64,000 nucleotides of DNA from a virus (lineage: Duplodnaviria > Caudoviricetes): the IMG/VR virus record IMGVR_UViG_3300043959_000228; one strand, given 5' to 3'. The notes under the pieces are model-generated. The model searched no databases. It saw only the letters and a list, made by a program, of their open reading frames with translations, and had not been told where the DNA came from. Of this stretch, positions 18,561 to 28,953 are shown in pieces. The position numbers and the translations under genes were made by a program. Position 1 is the stretch's first letter; every line of letters begins with the position of its first letter.

Positions 18561-21245
18561 ATGGATGTTGAGATAACCATAACGACGGACACTGATCGCA
18601 GGATGATTCATGTCATGCTGAGTAAGCCAGTGGGCGAGGATATTGGTCTCACGGACATACCTACATGTCATGAGGGATTAGCCTTTGGTGGGACATGGTC
18701 GTACGATCTTCATCTTGCTCCTGTGGTGTCTTTATCCTTGCGTGACCAGATCGCTATGGCTAAGAGATTAGGCTATACAGTGACGTATGGATCTGATGCT
18801 GATAAAGCCGCATTGAAGGCGTCTGTAGCGGAGAATATCAAACCCTCCCTATCGTGGGACGACCACGCGCATCGAGTTATAGCGGTGTTTCCACAGACTG
18901 AACGATATAAGAAAATTATTCGTTCATTGTACGGCTCTCCTAGAGCTGACGCCTCATGGTCATTCCCCATTACGAGTCTTAACGATTGTATGGCCTGTAA
19001 TGAACGATTACCTAAGAGTATGAGATTCAGTGTTTCCGATGATGTTCAGAAACTCCTCGATGAAACGCTTCCAGATCCATATGATGGAACGGCTGAATCA
19101 TTACGATTGATACCAGTATCAGCTCTTCGTGTGGTTCAATCGAATATCCAGTCCTTTGCTCTTCGTAAGATTGATCCTGCAAGTATAGCTGAGAAGTTAG
19201 AGCGAATGGATGTGCATTCCTTATACGATTTACTCATGATCCGTCCTAGACGATATATTGATCGTTCTAATCCTCAGGATATTCGTGATCTTATTGAGGG
19301 TGAGACAGTAACGGTTGTTGGCAGGGTCACCGAATGGAAGGAGCCTTCATCCCATCTATCCGTAATGGTTGTAGAGGATAAGCGTGGTGCATCTATTCAG
19401 TGTTCATTCTTTAATCAGAGTAGATGGTTTAAGGATCACTATAAGGTGAATGACGAGGTGATCGTCACTGGTGCATATAAACCGTGGAAATCATGGAGTG
19501 GCTATACGGTTGATCAGATAGCTCAGCCTCAGGTTGATCCTATTGAGGCGGCTGGAGCTGTGCCAATCATGCCGGTGTATCATACCCCGGCGAAGGCTGC
19601 ACTTAGCTCGATGATTCTTGTACATTGTGAGCAAGAGCTCGTGTCTCGTTTAGGTCCTGATTTTCGTGGACCGAGCTGGGCCGATCCAGCATTACAGGCT
19701 AATGACATCAGTGGTGCATCATATGGACAGGCTCTGAAGATCATGCATTTCCCTAAGACGACTGATAGTCAAGACGACGCTGAGCAAGCATTAGCTTTCT
19801 GTGAAATGGTCCAGTTATTAGTCTGGATAGAAGCTCATCGTTCTGGTGATGACTCCACACTCGGTGTAGACAATACGAATGATGGATCATATCAACAGGC
19901 CTATGAATCATGTCTTCCGTATGCTCTTACTGGCGCGCAACATCGATCCATCACGACTATTACAAGTGGCATGAGCTCTCAGAAGAATCTTCATGCTCTT
20001 CTTGTTGGTGACGTCGGATCTGGTAAGACGACGGTCATGCATATGGCTGCTCTTAATGCGGTGAATGCTGGGCACCAGGCTGTGATCTGCGCTCCAACTG
20101 AGATTCTAGCGACGCAGTTATATGATGTCTTCATGAGGATACTAGCCTCGATGCCATCATCAATAGCTGATGCTATCCATCCTATCCTTCACGCTGGATA
20201 CACTGGTAAGGGATCAGCTAAGAGACGTCGTGATCATGTGTCTGCCGTTGCTGATGGACAGGCTAACATGATTTTCGGAACGCAGGGTGTGTTAAACCTT
20301 GATTATGCTGATCTTTCCTTTGTCGGTGTTGACGAGCAGCATAAATTTGGCGCTGCACAGCGTAGTAGGTTGCTTGATGTTCGAGATGATGGACATGTTC
20401 CTGATTTTCTCATGCAGACAGCTACGCCTATTCCACGCTCAATGGCCCAGGTATATTATGGGGATGTCACGTATCTTGCACTTGATGAATTACCAGCTGG
20501 TCGGCAGCCAATTACCACCGAGTGGGTGAAGAAGAAGGGATCACAGGTCGTTGCCGATCCTGCTAGCCCTATTTGGGCTGATGTTCTTTCTGAGATTCGC
20601 GCTGGACATGGTGTCTTCATTGTGTGTCCTATGGTTTCAGAATCAGAGAAAACTGACGCGGCGTCAGTAAGAAGAACTGTTAAGGAACTGGCTGATGTGT
20701 TTCCTGATGATGTGCAGATGACAGCCGTATATGGTGGACAGGACAAGAAGAAGCAAGAGGCGGCTATCACTGGATTCAAGGATGGTTCTATCAGTGTCCT
20801 CGTAGCGTCATCTGTAGTCGAGGTTGGCGTGTCTTGTGAATTGGCCACAAGAATGATTATTCTCGATGCGAATCGTTTCGGTATTGCATCATTACATCAG
20901 ATCCGTGGTCGTATTGGTCGTTCAAATCTTCCCAGTAAGTGTTGGCTAGTAGCCATGCCATTCAATGATACAGGATCATCGAGAATGCAGGCTATGTGCA
21001 ACACTCTTGACGGTTGGAAATTGTCAAAGACCGATTTACGGAATAGGGGAACTGGGTCCATCTTTGGTACCGCTCAATCAGGTAAGTCTGATTTGATGTA
21101 CGCTAATCTTGTCAGGGATGCTGCCTGGATAGCTCCAGCTAGACAAACCGCTAAGACCATCCTGAGGAGTGATCATGCTCAGGACGCTATAGATGATGCC
21201 CGAAAGTACTTCTGCGTTGACGAGGATCAGGGGATTCTATCGTAG
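18561..21245 (+). CDS. recG: ATP-dependent DNA helicase RecG with N-terminal extension
   Basis: PRRYID and OB wedge, GDVGSGKT, APTEILATQ, DEQHKFG, TATPIPRS, LHQIRGRIGR; ATG 18561 lies 7 nt after TACAAT. Confidence 0.93.
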   Translation: MDVEITITTDTDRRMIHVMLSKPVGEDIGLTDIPTCHEGLAFGGTWSYDLHLAPVVSLSLRDQIAMAKRLGYTVTYGSDADKAALKASVAENIKPSLSWDDHAHRVIAVFPQTERYKKIIRSLYGSPRADASWSFPITSLNDCMACNERLPKSMRFSVSDDVQKLLDETLPDPYDGTAESLRLIPVSALRVVQSNIQSFALRKIDPASIAEKLERMDVHSLYDLLMIRPRRYIDRSNPQDIRDLIEGETVTVVGRVTEWKEPSSHLSVMVVEDKRGASIQCSFFNQSRWFKDHYKVNDEVIVTGAYKPWKSWSGYTVDQIAQPQVDPIEAAGAVPIMPVYHTPAKAALSSMILVHCEQELVSRLGPDFRGPSWADPALQANDISGASYGQALKIMHFPKTTDSQDDAEQALAFCEMVQLLVWIEAHRSGDDSTLGVDNTNDGSYQQAYESCLPYALTGAQHRSITTITSGMSSQKNLHALLVGDVGSGKTTVMHMAALNAVNAGHQAVICAPTEILATQLYDVFMRILASMPSSIADAIHPILHAGYTGKGSAKRRRDHVSAVADGQANMIFGTQGVLNLDYADLSFVGVDEQHKFGAAQRSRLLDVRDDGHVPDFLMQTATPIPRSMAQVYYGDVTYLALDELPAGRQPITTEWVKKKGSQVVADPASPIWADVLSEIRAGHGVFIVCPMVSESEKTDAASVRRTVKELADVFPDDVQMTAVYGGQDKKKQEAAITGFKDGSISVLVASSVVEVGVSCELATRMIILDANRFGIASLHQIRGRIGRSNLPSKCWLVAMPFNDTGSSRMQAMCNTLDGWKLSKTDLRNRGTGSIFGTAQSGKSDLMYANLVRDAAWIAPARQTAKTILRSDHAQDAIDDARKYFCVDEDQGILS

Positions 21246-21312
21246 AATACCATCTGCCTATATCTTTGTTATACTTGATGTGACAATCGGACCCTAAAGG
21301 GGGAATATTTAT

Positions 21313-22377
21313 ATGGCTTCTCGTGTTCATGAGACCAAGGAAGATCATCAATCATGGAATCCATTGATGCGGCCTAAGCAACGTCGCATCGTGATGAGAA
21401 CAGTATGGTCAATGATGCTGGTCAGCGTGATGACCCTATCCCTAGGATCAGTAACAGCTAATGCAGACACCGTCTCATCATCAGGTAAGAGTCAGTCTGG
21501 AACAGTCACATCGTCACGATCATTTAAGAAGGTCGCATCGAACGCTGATCGAAGAAAGATTCTTCAAGAGTCCGTCAGCACGACTGTTGAGAAGGACTCT
21601 AACTGGGGCGGTCTCGGGGATATGCAAGTCCAATATTCTCCATCAACAGATCAGAAAACAGCGAATAAATCGCTACAAGACGCCGTGAATCAAGGCAACG
21701 ATGTCTATAATTCATCAAATGGACTCGGATCAGACGCCACACGATCAAGTTTACATGATGCGTTACAGCAAGCTCCAGCATTATTAGCTAATGAGAAGAC
21801 TACAGCTGCTGATCTTGATAAGGCTACGTCATCGATTACGTCAGCCATTACCGCTGTTCAAACGTCGGTATCGTCTGCTCAAGCGGCAGCAGTCGCGCAG
21901 GCTGATGCATTGACGGCGTCTCGAACGGCCTCTGCTTCTAGATCATCAACTCGTTCACCATCGTCTCCGTCAACGACGTCTTCTTCCGCACCAGATCTAG
22001 GCACGATTACCCTGCCAAATGGTCATAGTGGTTCTGATGTCGTGAATTACGCTCTTCAATATGTCGGCAAGTCACCATATGTCTGGGGAGGAACAGTTCC
22101 GACAGGATGGGATTGCTCTGGTTTTGTCATGTATGTCTACGCACAATTTGGCATTAGTCTTCCCCATTTCTCTGGCTCTCAGGCGGCCATGGGCAGTAAT
22201 GTCTCATCTATCGCTGAAGCTCAGCCGGGAGACATCATTGCTAACAATCAGCACGCTGCTCTATACCTCGGCAATGGATTAGTCGTAAATGCCTTGAATC
22301 CTCGCGTAGGAACCGTGATTACCCCCGTTAATGGGGCATTCCACGGATCATACTCTATCCGTCGTATTATCAATTAA
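21313..22377 (+). CDS. secreted NlpC/P60 peptidoglycan endopeptidase
   Basis: Signal peptide ending ANA; helical stalk and Ser-rich linker; PYVWGG...DCSGF, PGDII, HAALYLG. Confidence 0.92.
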   Translation: MASRVHETKEDHQSWNPLMRPKQRRIVMRTVWSMMLVSVMTLSLGSVTANADTVSSSGKSQSGTVTSSRSFKKVASNADRRKILQESVSTTVEKDSNWGGLGDMQVQYSPSTDQKTANKSLQDAVNQGNDVYNSSNGLGSDATRSSLHDALQQAPALLANEKTTAADLDKATSSITSAITAVQTSVSSAQAAAVAQADALTASRTASASRSSTRSPSSPSTTSSSAPDLGTITLPNGHSGSDVVNYALQYVGKSPYVWGGTVPTGWDCSGFVMYVYAQFGISLPHFSGSQAAMGSNVSSIAEAQPGDIIANNQHAALYLGNGLVVNALNPRVGTVITPVNGAFHGSYSIRRIIN

Positions 22378-22495
22378 TCTGACACCATTGGTATTAGCTT
22401 TCACTTTGTAGTGTGATTGCATTGTTTTGACGTTACACCCTGATATCTTTAGTAATGCTACTATTAGATTTATAGATACCATCGGAGGTTGACGT

Positions 22496-23686
22496 ATGGT
22501 GAATCCATTTGATGATTCTGATGAGGTGAAGAAGGACGCTGAAGATGCGTCATCATCTAATCATGAGAACACCGTTGAGGACAAACCGTTACCGCATGAG
22601 CAGGTCGCGGATTCTTCTGATACCACGGCGTTCTTATCTGAGGACGATGATGATGACGATGCTGCTGTTAATCCTGAGATTGCTCATCTCGTCACGACGA
22701 ATACTGATACAGATGGACCATCGGCTTCATCTACTCATCTCGACGATCTTGACGATGATGATCAGGAGGATACGTATCGTCCTAAGATCAGTAAGCCTGT
22801 CATCGCGGCTATTGTGCTTGTCATTCTGATTATGTTCGGTGTTGGTATATGGCTAACTCAGGGATCGAAGATTCAGAAGATCTTTTCACCGAGCGCTGAT
22901 AACAATTCAAGTATCACTAAGTCTGATGGATCATCACAAACGAAGGCCGGTGTTGGTTCATCGTCGTTCAAAGGACTAAATGTACCTGAGTATTATCAGA
23001 AATCGTATTCATCGTTAAGCGATGATGAAAAATCTGATGCCGATAAGGCCGCTATGGCTAGTCGTCCTGTTGGATCATACGGTGCCCTAGCGTCAACAGC
23101 AGGTAATCCTAACATTACTGATAACCCAGATAAGTATCTGAATGATGATGGGACTATTAATCCTAATTATTCATACTTGACTGATGCTAACGTCATACCA
23201 GTGATTCAGAATGATTTAGAGAGATTAGTCAACCCGGTATATGGTGATTGGACATCATTGCAGAATCTTGGATGGGTGTCATCAGACGGTAAATCAACGA
23301 ATCCTGATGCATGGGAGCATCTGAGGGACATGTTCTCACCATCTATCCAATCAACGATGGTTGATGTGCCTTCGGCCAGGAAAGTCATGTCTATCTACGC
23401 CGATTGGGATCAAAATGCCTTCAACGGCGCATATAATGACAAGGTGTACAATAACGCCGCCGTCGGCGTACCAAGTAATCTAGACTGTGATTATCAGATA
23501 GCTGGTTCGACTGATGATCATATTGATTGTACAGCCGACGTAAAGTATAGTGCTTTGCTTACTGGTGATGATGGCTCCTCAAAGACTGTCACGACCGATA
23601 AGAAGATCACGTTACATTACATAGTGAATTACGATCAAAGACGGGCCAGTAATCGTCGAATATTGCTCACGTCGGTCGAGCAATAA
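22496..23686 (+). CDS. single-pass membrane protein (possible VirB8/TcpC-like transfer component)
   Basis: Acidic cytoplasmic N-terminus, one TM, extracellular alpha/beta C-terminus; GGAGG RBS. Confidence 0.45.
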   Translation: MVNPFDDSDEVKKDAEDASSSNHENTVEDKPLPHEQVADSSDTTAFLSEDDDDDDAAVNPEIAHLVTTNTDTDGPSASSTHLDDLDDDDQEDTYRPKISKPVIAAIVLVILIMFGVGIWLTQGSKIQKIFSPSADNNSSITKSDGSSQTKAGVGSSSFKGLNVPEYYQKSYSSLSDDEKSDADKAAMASRPVGSYGALASTAGNPNITDNPDKYLNDDGTINPNYSYLTDANVIPVIQNDLERLVNPVYGDWTSLQNLGWVSSDGKSTNPDAWEHLRDMFSPSIQSTMVDVPSARKVMSIYADWDQNAFNGAYNDKVYNNAAVGVPSNLDCDYQIAGSTDDHIDCTADVKYSALLTGDDGSSKTVTTDKKITLHYIVNYDQRRASNRRILLTSVEQ

Positions 23687-23700
23687 GGAGTATAGCGACT

Positions 23701-26454
23701 ATGAAAGGAAATATGATACGCAGGAATAAGAAACGCATCTTGTACTGCCTCCTAGCGGCGTTCTTCGTGCTAACGGGATCATTCATCTTCGTTTATCACG
23801 CTAACGCTGGACAAGGTGGTGGATCTGGTGATGGAAGCTGTGCTAACGGATGTCATTCGGGTGTACCAGTAGCCAAGATACAGGTAGGCAATTGGGGTTC
23901 ATGGCGTGAAGTCAACTTCGGCGGCGCTCGTGTGGCCTCATGGAGTGGTGACCGGCTAGACGCCTTGATGGATTCTACATTCAATAGAGCTGTCGCTGAT
24001 TGTAAGGCGAAGGCTCAGGCCAGGGGTAAGACGTGTAATAACCCGCGTCTTGTTACCATTGGATACATCGTCAATGGTGGGAACACTTGGGTCACTAGCC
24101 ACTCGACCGTCAAGTTGAATGGTACCGATCCAGGATGCCAGTCCATTAATGTGAACAACCATAACATTACCACCTGTACACCTGACCTCTCAGGTATCTC
24201 AGGAACGATTCGATCTGAGTATAACAACGTTAAGAACAATCAGGTCGTCGCTATGGTCGTCGTCGGAGAGTCTCAATTCCCACAGAAGGGATGGCGAGAG
24301 AATTGGACGAACATACCTGAATCAGATGTGAAATCTGTTAGCACGATTAATTCTGAGGATCTAACGGCCTGCCCAGTGTACTATAGCATACAAGCCAATG
24401 GTTACGATGGTTATGTCAGGAATATGTCCGCTCAGTCAAAGCTCGTCCTCACGCCGTATGGCCAGTTATGGAACGCTATCAATCAAGGTAAGAACACTTG
24501 GACTGACCCCGCCAACGGCAATGTGCTGTCCTGGTTCCAAGTTGAGAAACAACCACAGGGTGATTATAAGACGAATCCTACAGCTGCGGTCAATCGAGCT
24601 GTAGCCGACATAAAACTTGCTCATGACGTTGCTTGCGCTGAGACCTATAAGATGAAGATCGATTATAATCTTGACACTGACGGAGGTATACCAGGTCAGC
24701 AACTTAATAAGCAGTTTGCCCGTGGTGGACAGTATAAGCTTGTGAAGCAGACCAAGAACGCGGTCATTACCGTGAAGAACTTGAATCTTGACTATTATCG
24801 TCGTGATGTCAACTGGGGACAGTGGAACGGTTGGAGCGAGTGCTACCAGGGCGAATCAGGATGTGGCCATATTGGTGAGTCTCGACCAGCTGATCCTTCA
24901 GGTCTAGTCACTGATCTCTATGGAACTGGTCAACGTGGCCGATACTCAGTCGGTGATTGGGTGAAGGGTGACTCGAATGAGATTCAGAATGCTGTCAACA
25001 AGGGTGGTAATGTCAATGTTGCCGGCCGTCGACTCAGCGCAATCTTCGCATCTGATAATTCCATGATTGGTCATAATACTAATAATGGTGTATCTTGGAA
25101 TACTGGTGGAAAAGACAAGTGGATCTTCGGATCAAGTACTGGTATTATTGATGGTACAAAGTTCCATGGTGTAGCTAATGAGTTGCAATCATATGTGGCT
25201 GTTGCTATGCAGGACTTCATTAACATTAATTGTAATCAGGACGACTTCGATACCATCGTCAATTATGTCCGTGGCAGGAAAGACGCTAACGGTAAATCTA
25301 TACTTGATGAATCGTCTGTGAAGAGCACCAAGTATAATGGTTCACTATCCACAGTCGTCATGACCGGATTCCCAGCAGTGCAGAAGATTAATCAACGAGC
25401 ATTAGACATTGTTGCTTCCGCTAATGATGGATCCTATCCAGGTTGGAGTGGAAATAAGGGTGATACCAATGGATGGTCAAGTTCTGACTCTGAAAAGGCC
25501 GGTGACGCCGATCCTATCTATACAAAGGAATGCCCATTTGATTGCTCTGATTCAACATCAGCTAGTACATCAACGTCAACTAACGTCGGTGACAAGTCAA
25601 CGTCAAGCGGATCTGTAAGCTCTGCTGACAAGGCTACCGGTTCATTCGGTATCCTATCATCAAAGCTCAATGCGTCAACGTCAACATTGCTCAGTGGTCT
25701 ACAGGGCAATGATAAGATCAACCAGCCAGTAGCAAACACCGCTGACCCAGTGTTCTTCCGTGATAATGAGTGGAATTACATGAATCTCGATCAGTGGGCA
25801 CCAGTCTCAGCTGCATCAGTGAATTATAATAAGTCCACTACGCCAGTAACGACAACATTCGTTGTTAATACCGATGGATCTCCTTGGTATATTGGAGACA
25901 ATAAGACTCCAGTAACGAAGGTTCAGGCTCTTGATCCTAAGACGAACACTTGGGTTGATATTCTCAATGGTACGCAAGAAGGATCGAGCTCTCAATGGTC
26001 ATCAAGTGAGAACTCAAAGTCTCAGACTGTTACACAGAATTTCGTAAATTCTGATATGAGAACAGCAACCACTCAGCTGGCCACGAATGTCACTAAGATC
26101 AGAATCAAGTCTCCATGGGCATCTGAAAAGAACAGTCCGTTAAAGTTTAACGTCAAGTGGGAGTACACTGCACAGAACTCTGCTCCAGTAGTGTCTACTT
26201 GGTCAACGCAGGGCGACGGATCTGTCAGTGGTAATAGCACAACGAAGGACATGGGAACGTCAACATCAAAGGTTGATGGTAAATGCGACAGTCAATACCA
26301 TCTTCCAGGAGTGTCTTATAACGATCACTCTTCATTCATTCAGCCAGAAACTGGACAAAGTGTGAAGAACAATCTTGATAAGAGTTACCAGGGTGAGGGT
26401 CAGACAATGTCCGGTTGGTTCACTGTGACATTCGTCAGGGCGACTAGTGAGTAA
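23701..26454 (+). CDS. large secreted Cys-containing protein (adhesin-like)
   Basis: Signal peptide ending HANA; Gly/Asn/Ser/Thr-rich with many Cys; no LPXTG seen. Confidence 0.55.
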   Translation: MKGNMIRRNKKRILYCLLAAFFVLTGSFIFVYHANAGQGGGSGDGSCANGCHSGVPVAKIQVGNWGSWREVNFGGARVASWSGDRLDALMDSTFNRAVADCKAKAQARGKTCNNPRLVTIGYIVNGGNTWVTSHSTVKLNGTDPGCQSINVNNHNITTCTPDLSGISGTIRSEYNNVKNNQVVAMVVVGESQFPQKGWRENWTNIPESDVKSVSTINSEDLTACPVYYSIQANGYDGYVRNMSAQSKLVLTPYGQLWNAINQGKNTWTDPANGNVLSWFQVEKQPQGDYKTNPTAAVNRAVADIKLAHDVACAETYKMKIDYNLDTDGGIPGQQLNKQFARGGQYKLVKQTKNAVITVKNLNLDYYRRDVNWGQWNGWSECYQGESGCGHIGESRPADPSGLVTDLYGTGQRGRYSVGDWVKGDSNEIQNAVNKGGNVNVAGRRLSAIFASDNSMIGHNTNNGVSWNTGGKDKWIFGSSTGIIDGTKFHGVANELQSYVAVAMQDFININCNQDDFDTIVNYVRGRKDANGKSILDESSVKSTKYNGSLSTVVMTGFPAVQKINQRALDIVASANDGSYPGWSGNKGDTNGWSSSDSEKAGDADPIYTKECPFDCSDSTSASTSTSTNVGDKSTSSGSVSSADKATGSFGILSSKLNASTSTLLSGLQGNDKINQPVANTADPVFFRDNEWNYMNLDQWAPVSAASVNYNKSTTPVTTTFVVNTDGSPWYIGDNKTPVTKVQALDPKTNTWVDILNGTQEGSSSQWSSSENSKSQTVTQNFVNSDMRTATTQLATNVTKIRIKSPWASEKNSPLKFNVKWEYTAQNSAPVVSTWSTQGDGSVSGNSTTKDMGTSTSKVDGKCDSQYHLPGVSYNDHSSFIQPETGQSVKNNLDKSYQGEGQTMSGWFTVTFVRATSE

Positions 26455-26485
26455 TCGATGTTGTTAAGATGAATCGATGATGCAT

Positions 26486-26526
26486 CTTGCGGGGTAACAG
26501 ATCGTATAGATCTGTTACCCCGCAAG
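26486..26526. terminator. perfect 18-bp inverted repeat terminator
   Basis: CTTGCGGGGTAACAGATC-gtata-GATCTGTTACCCCGCAAG. Confidence 0.75.
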
Positions 26527-26589
26527 TGATTATATACCGTATTCAATAATAAGACAATATTCTCGTTATGACGTGGTATTATATATTGT

Positions 26590-27093
26590 ATGAATGAACA
26601 TAAACAACGTCAAGGAAGATCGGTATCTTCACGTGGCCAGTTTGCTGGGCAACACGATGAGCGGTTAGCTATGATTGCCAAGGAGACTGATCGTAAGCTG
26701 AATCAGGAAGGGCATGATGATATATCTGAACGGTCACACCTATCAGATGCCTCAAACAATATGAGTTTTACCTTGACTAAATTCGGTCTTAAGAGCGCTA
26801 CCTTGCTATCATTGTTCCTAGGTCTTGTCTATGGGCTAGCTGTTATGGGAGCTGGATCTGTTATTACATTTATGATTTCTAGAACATCTATTCTTGATAT
26901 TATCAATCGAATCATGGGTAACGCCATGACATTGACACCGGGAACCTTATATCTTCTTTCAGCGTTGCTGGCTATCGTCGTATCAGTGTTCGCAGCATTG
27001 ATTATCTGGTTTAAGGCGTTATTGTATAATGCTGGTTCGATGGCTTTCGGAGGATTACGTATCACATTAGCGAAGACGGAGGATAAGAATTGA
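26590..27093 (+). CDS. DUF3566-like membrane protein
   Basis: Two TM; LTKFGLKSATLLS and LLYNAGSMAFGGLRITL pattern; leaderless ATG 7 nt after TATTAT. Confidence 0.7.
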   Translation: MNEHKQRQGRSVSSRGQFAGQHDERLAMIAKETDRKLNQEGHDDISERSHLSDASNNMSFTLTKFGLKSATLLSLFLGLVYGLAVMGAGSVITFMISRTSILDIINRIMGNAMTLTPGTLYLLSALLAIVVSVFAALIIWFKALLYNAGSMAFGGLRITLAKTEDKN

Positions 27094-27437
27094 TGGTTAG
27101 CCCGTTACTTGATCCACTTGCAGATGACCCTAAGGATCATCTTATCATGCATCCTAAAGCCGTCCGATTAATTCTGTATCGTCGTCCTACATCTATCAGT
27201 ATGGATGAGGAAATGTATCGTCAGGGAAATTTCAAGGACACACCTTTTAACATGACGTTAGAATCGTCTGTCAATAAACAGGATAACACTATCGAGGAAT
27301 GGTCCTGGATTCTATCTGATCAACAAGGAGGGGACATTGATATGAACCGTCTTACGACGTTCATGGTTCATGTTTTTGATACCATGAGTTCATATTCCCC
27401 TCAAATAGAATTATTAGATCATATACCTCATCATTAA
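27090..27437 (+). CDS. hypothetical protein
   Basis: 115 aa ORF overlapping the upstream stop. Confidence 0.5.
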   Translation: MMVSPLLDPLADDPKDHLIMHPKAVRLILYRRPTSISMDEEMYRQGNFKDTPFNMTLESSVNKQDNTIEEWSWILSDQQGGDIDMNRLTTFMVHVFDTMSSYSPQIELLDHIPHH

Positions 27438-27535
27438 GAAGAAGGATGATGAGGATCATGTATATGATATTTGAACATCATAAGTAAGACGACCGGCACA
27501 TAGGATCATACACGGAAATATGGAGGTTTTGACAA

Positions 27536-28936
27536 TTGGGTACGGTCTATAGAAAGCAGAAAGCATTATATACCAATGAGGAGTTCAAGCAACTTGATTT
27601 AAGATTCAGAGTAGGAGCTATTCTCAGTGATGGTCAATGGTATACATCAGATAAGATTCGTCAATGGTCTAAGGAACGTAATCTTGATGAGATTAATCCT
27701 ATTCTCAATGAGATGATGCATCAGCATCAGATTATCAAGAGTAATAATGGCGCGTCATATCGAATGTCTCTACGTCAAATGCAGCAATGGCGGCATGATC
27801 AACATATGAGCATGGACGCTCAGCCAATACCAAAACTCCTTTATCCGAGAGTATTTGGACAAGGTGATCACGCTATGAGTGAAGTAGAGCTCTTCGAATC
27901 AGCTCCATTACACCAAGTAGCTATCTTAACATTCATGCTTAAGAATCCTGATGACATTGACAAGCTGAAAAAGGATTTAGGATATCTCGGAAGATTTAGG
28001 AAATCCCCTACATCTGGTAAATATCAATTATACGCCTTATCAAATAAGGTCACGAAGGATGCCCTCCTCAAATGGGAGGACTCTCATGGCGGGGATATCT
28101 TCGTTCCTGGAAAATTCAATTCTAATAACTCAAGTAGACGAAGAGAACTCATTGAACTCGATAGGCATGTCGTCAATGAGCTCATTACCTTTTATATTCA
28201 ATTCTCTAAATATCTCGTACCATCGATTAAAAAGACTTTTAACGTATACTTAAATGGTAGTATTGGTGCATCAGCATCACAACGAGAAACCACCGACTCA
28301 ATATCCGAGGGTGATAGCATCATCATGCAATGGTTACTCAGTCTTATCAAGACATACGATGAAGGCAGATGCGTACCATTCAGTTACTCTATTGTCATGT
28401 TATTCCCACGTAAGGCCTACGATTACTCCTCTAAGATCATCGGTGATGACTTGAATAGGTTTCAATTAGAGAAGAACAGAGCTATCAAACGTCTTAATGA
28501 ACAGAGTAAAGCGCAGGGTTCGTTGAACTCTATGAAGCACATCGAGAATAGCGTTATCTGTAATGAAATCAATAAGAATGGTAGTATTGATCTTTCTATC
28601 CATGAATATGAGGATCTTGATATGTCCTTGAAGTCATGGCAAAAGTCATATTCACAGGAATCATTAGATTGGACGGAGACAGGAGAGGAACGTGGGTTTG
28701 TCAGTAAGAATGATGAATCCTTCCTCGAAGGTATCGCCAGTAGATCTGATATTCATCATGCTATCATATTAGCTGCTGAGGACACACACGATTGGTCATC
28801 AGAAGTCATCATGTTCAATGCTCTGACCGATTCGAGTATCGCGTCAGCTATGATGAAAGGGAAGATGGATCTCATATCTGACTCATTCAGAGATGCATTA
28901 GCCACATCATTAGCCGAGGTTCGCAGGCTTGGCTGA
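27536..28936 (+). CDS. divergent sigma-70-like transcription factor with N-terminal extension
   Basis: WLLSLIKTYDEGRCVPFSYS...KAYDY resembles region 2.2-2.4; QESLD resembles region 3; no clear region 4.2 HTH; GGAGG RBS. Confidence 0.5.
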   Translation: MGTVYRKQKALYTNEEFKQLDLRFRVGAILSDGQWYTSDKIRQWSKERNLDEINPILNEMMHQHQIIKSNNGASYRMSLRQMQQWRHDQHMSMDAQPIPKLLYPRVFGQGDHAMSEVELFESAPLHQVAILTFMLKNPDDIDKLKKDLGYLGRFRKSPTSGKYQLYALSNKVTKDALLKWEDSHGGDIFVPGKFNSNNSSRRRELIELDRHVVNELITFYIQFSKYLVPSIKKTFNVYLNGSIGASASQRETTDSISEGDSIIMQWLLSLIKTYDEGRCVPFSYSIVMLFPRKAYDYSSKIIGDDLNRFQLEKNRAIKRLNEQSKAQGSLNSMKHIENSVICNEINKNGSIDLSIHEYEDLDMSLKSWQKSYSQESLDWTETGEERGFVSKNDESFLEGIASRSDIHHAIILAAEDTHDWSSEVIMFNALTDSSIASAMMKGKMDLISDSFRDALATSLAEVRRLG

Positions 28937-28953
28937 GATGATATCTCAGTATT

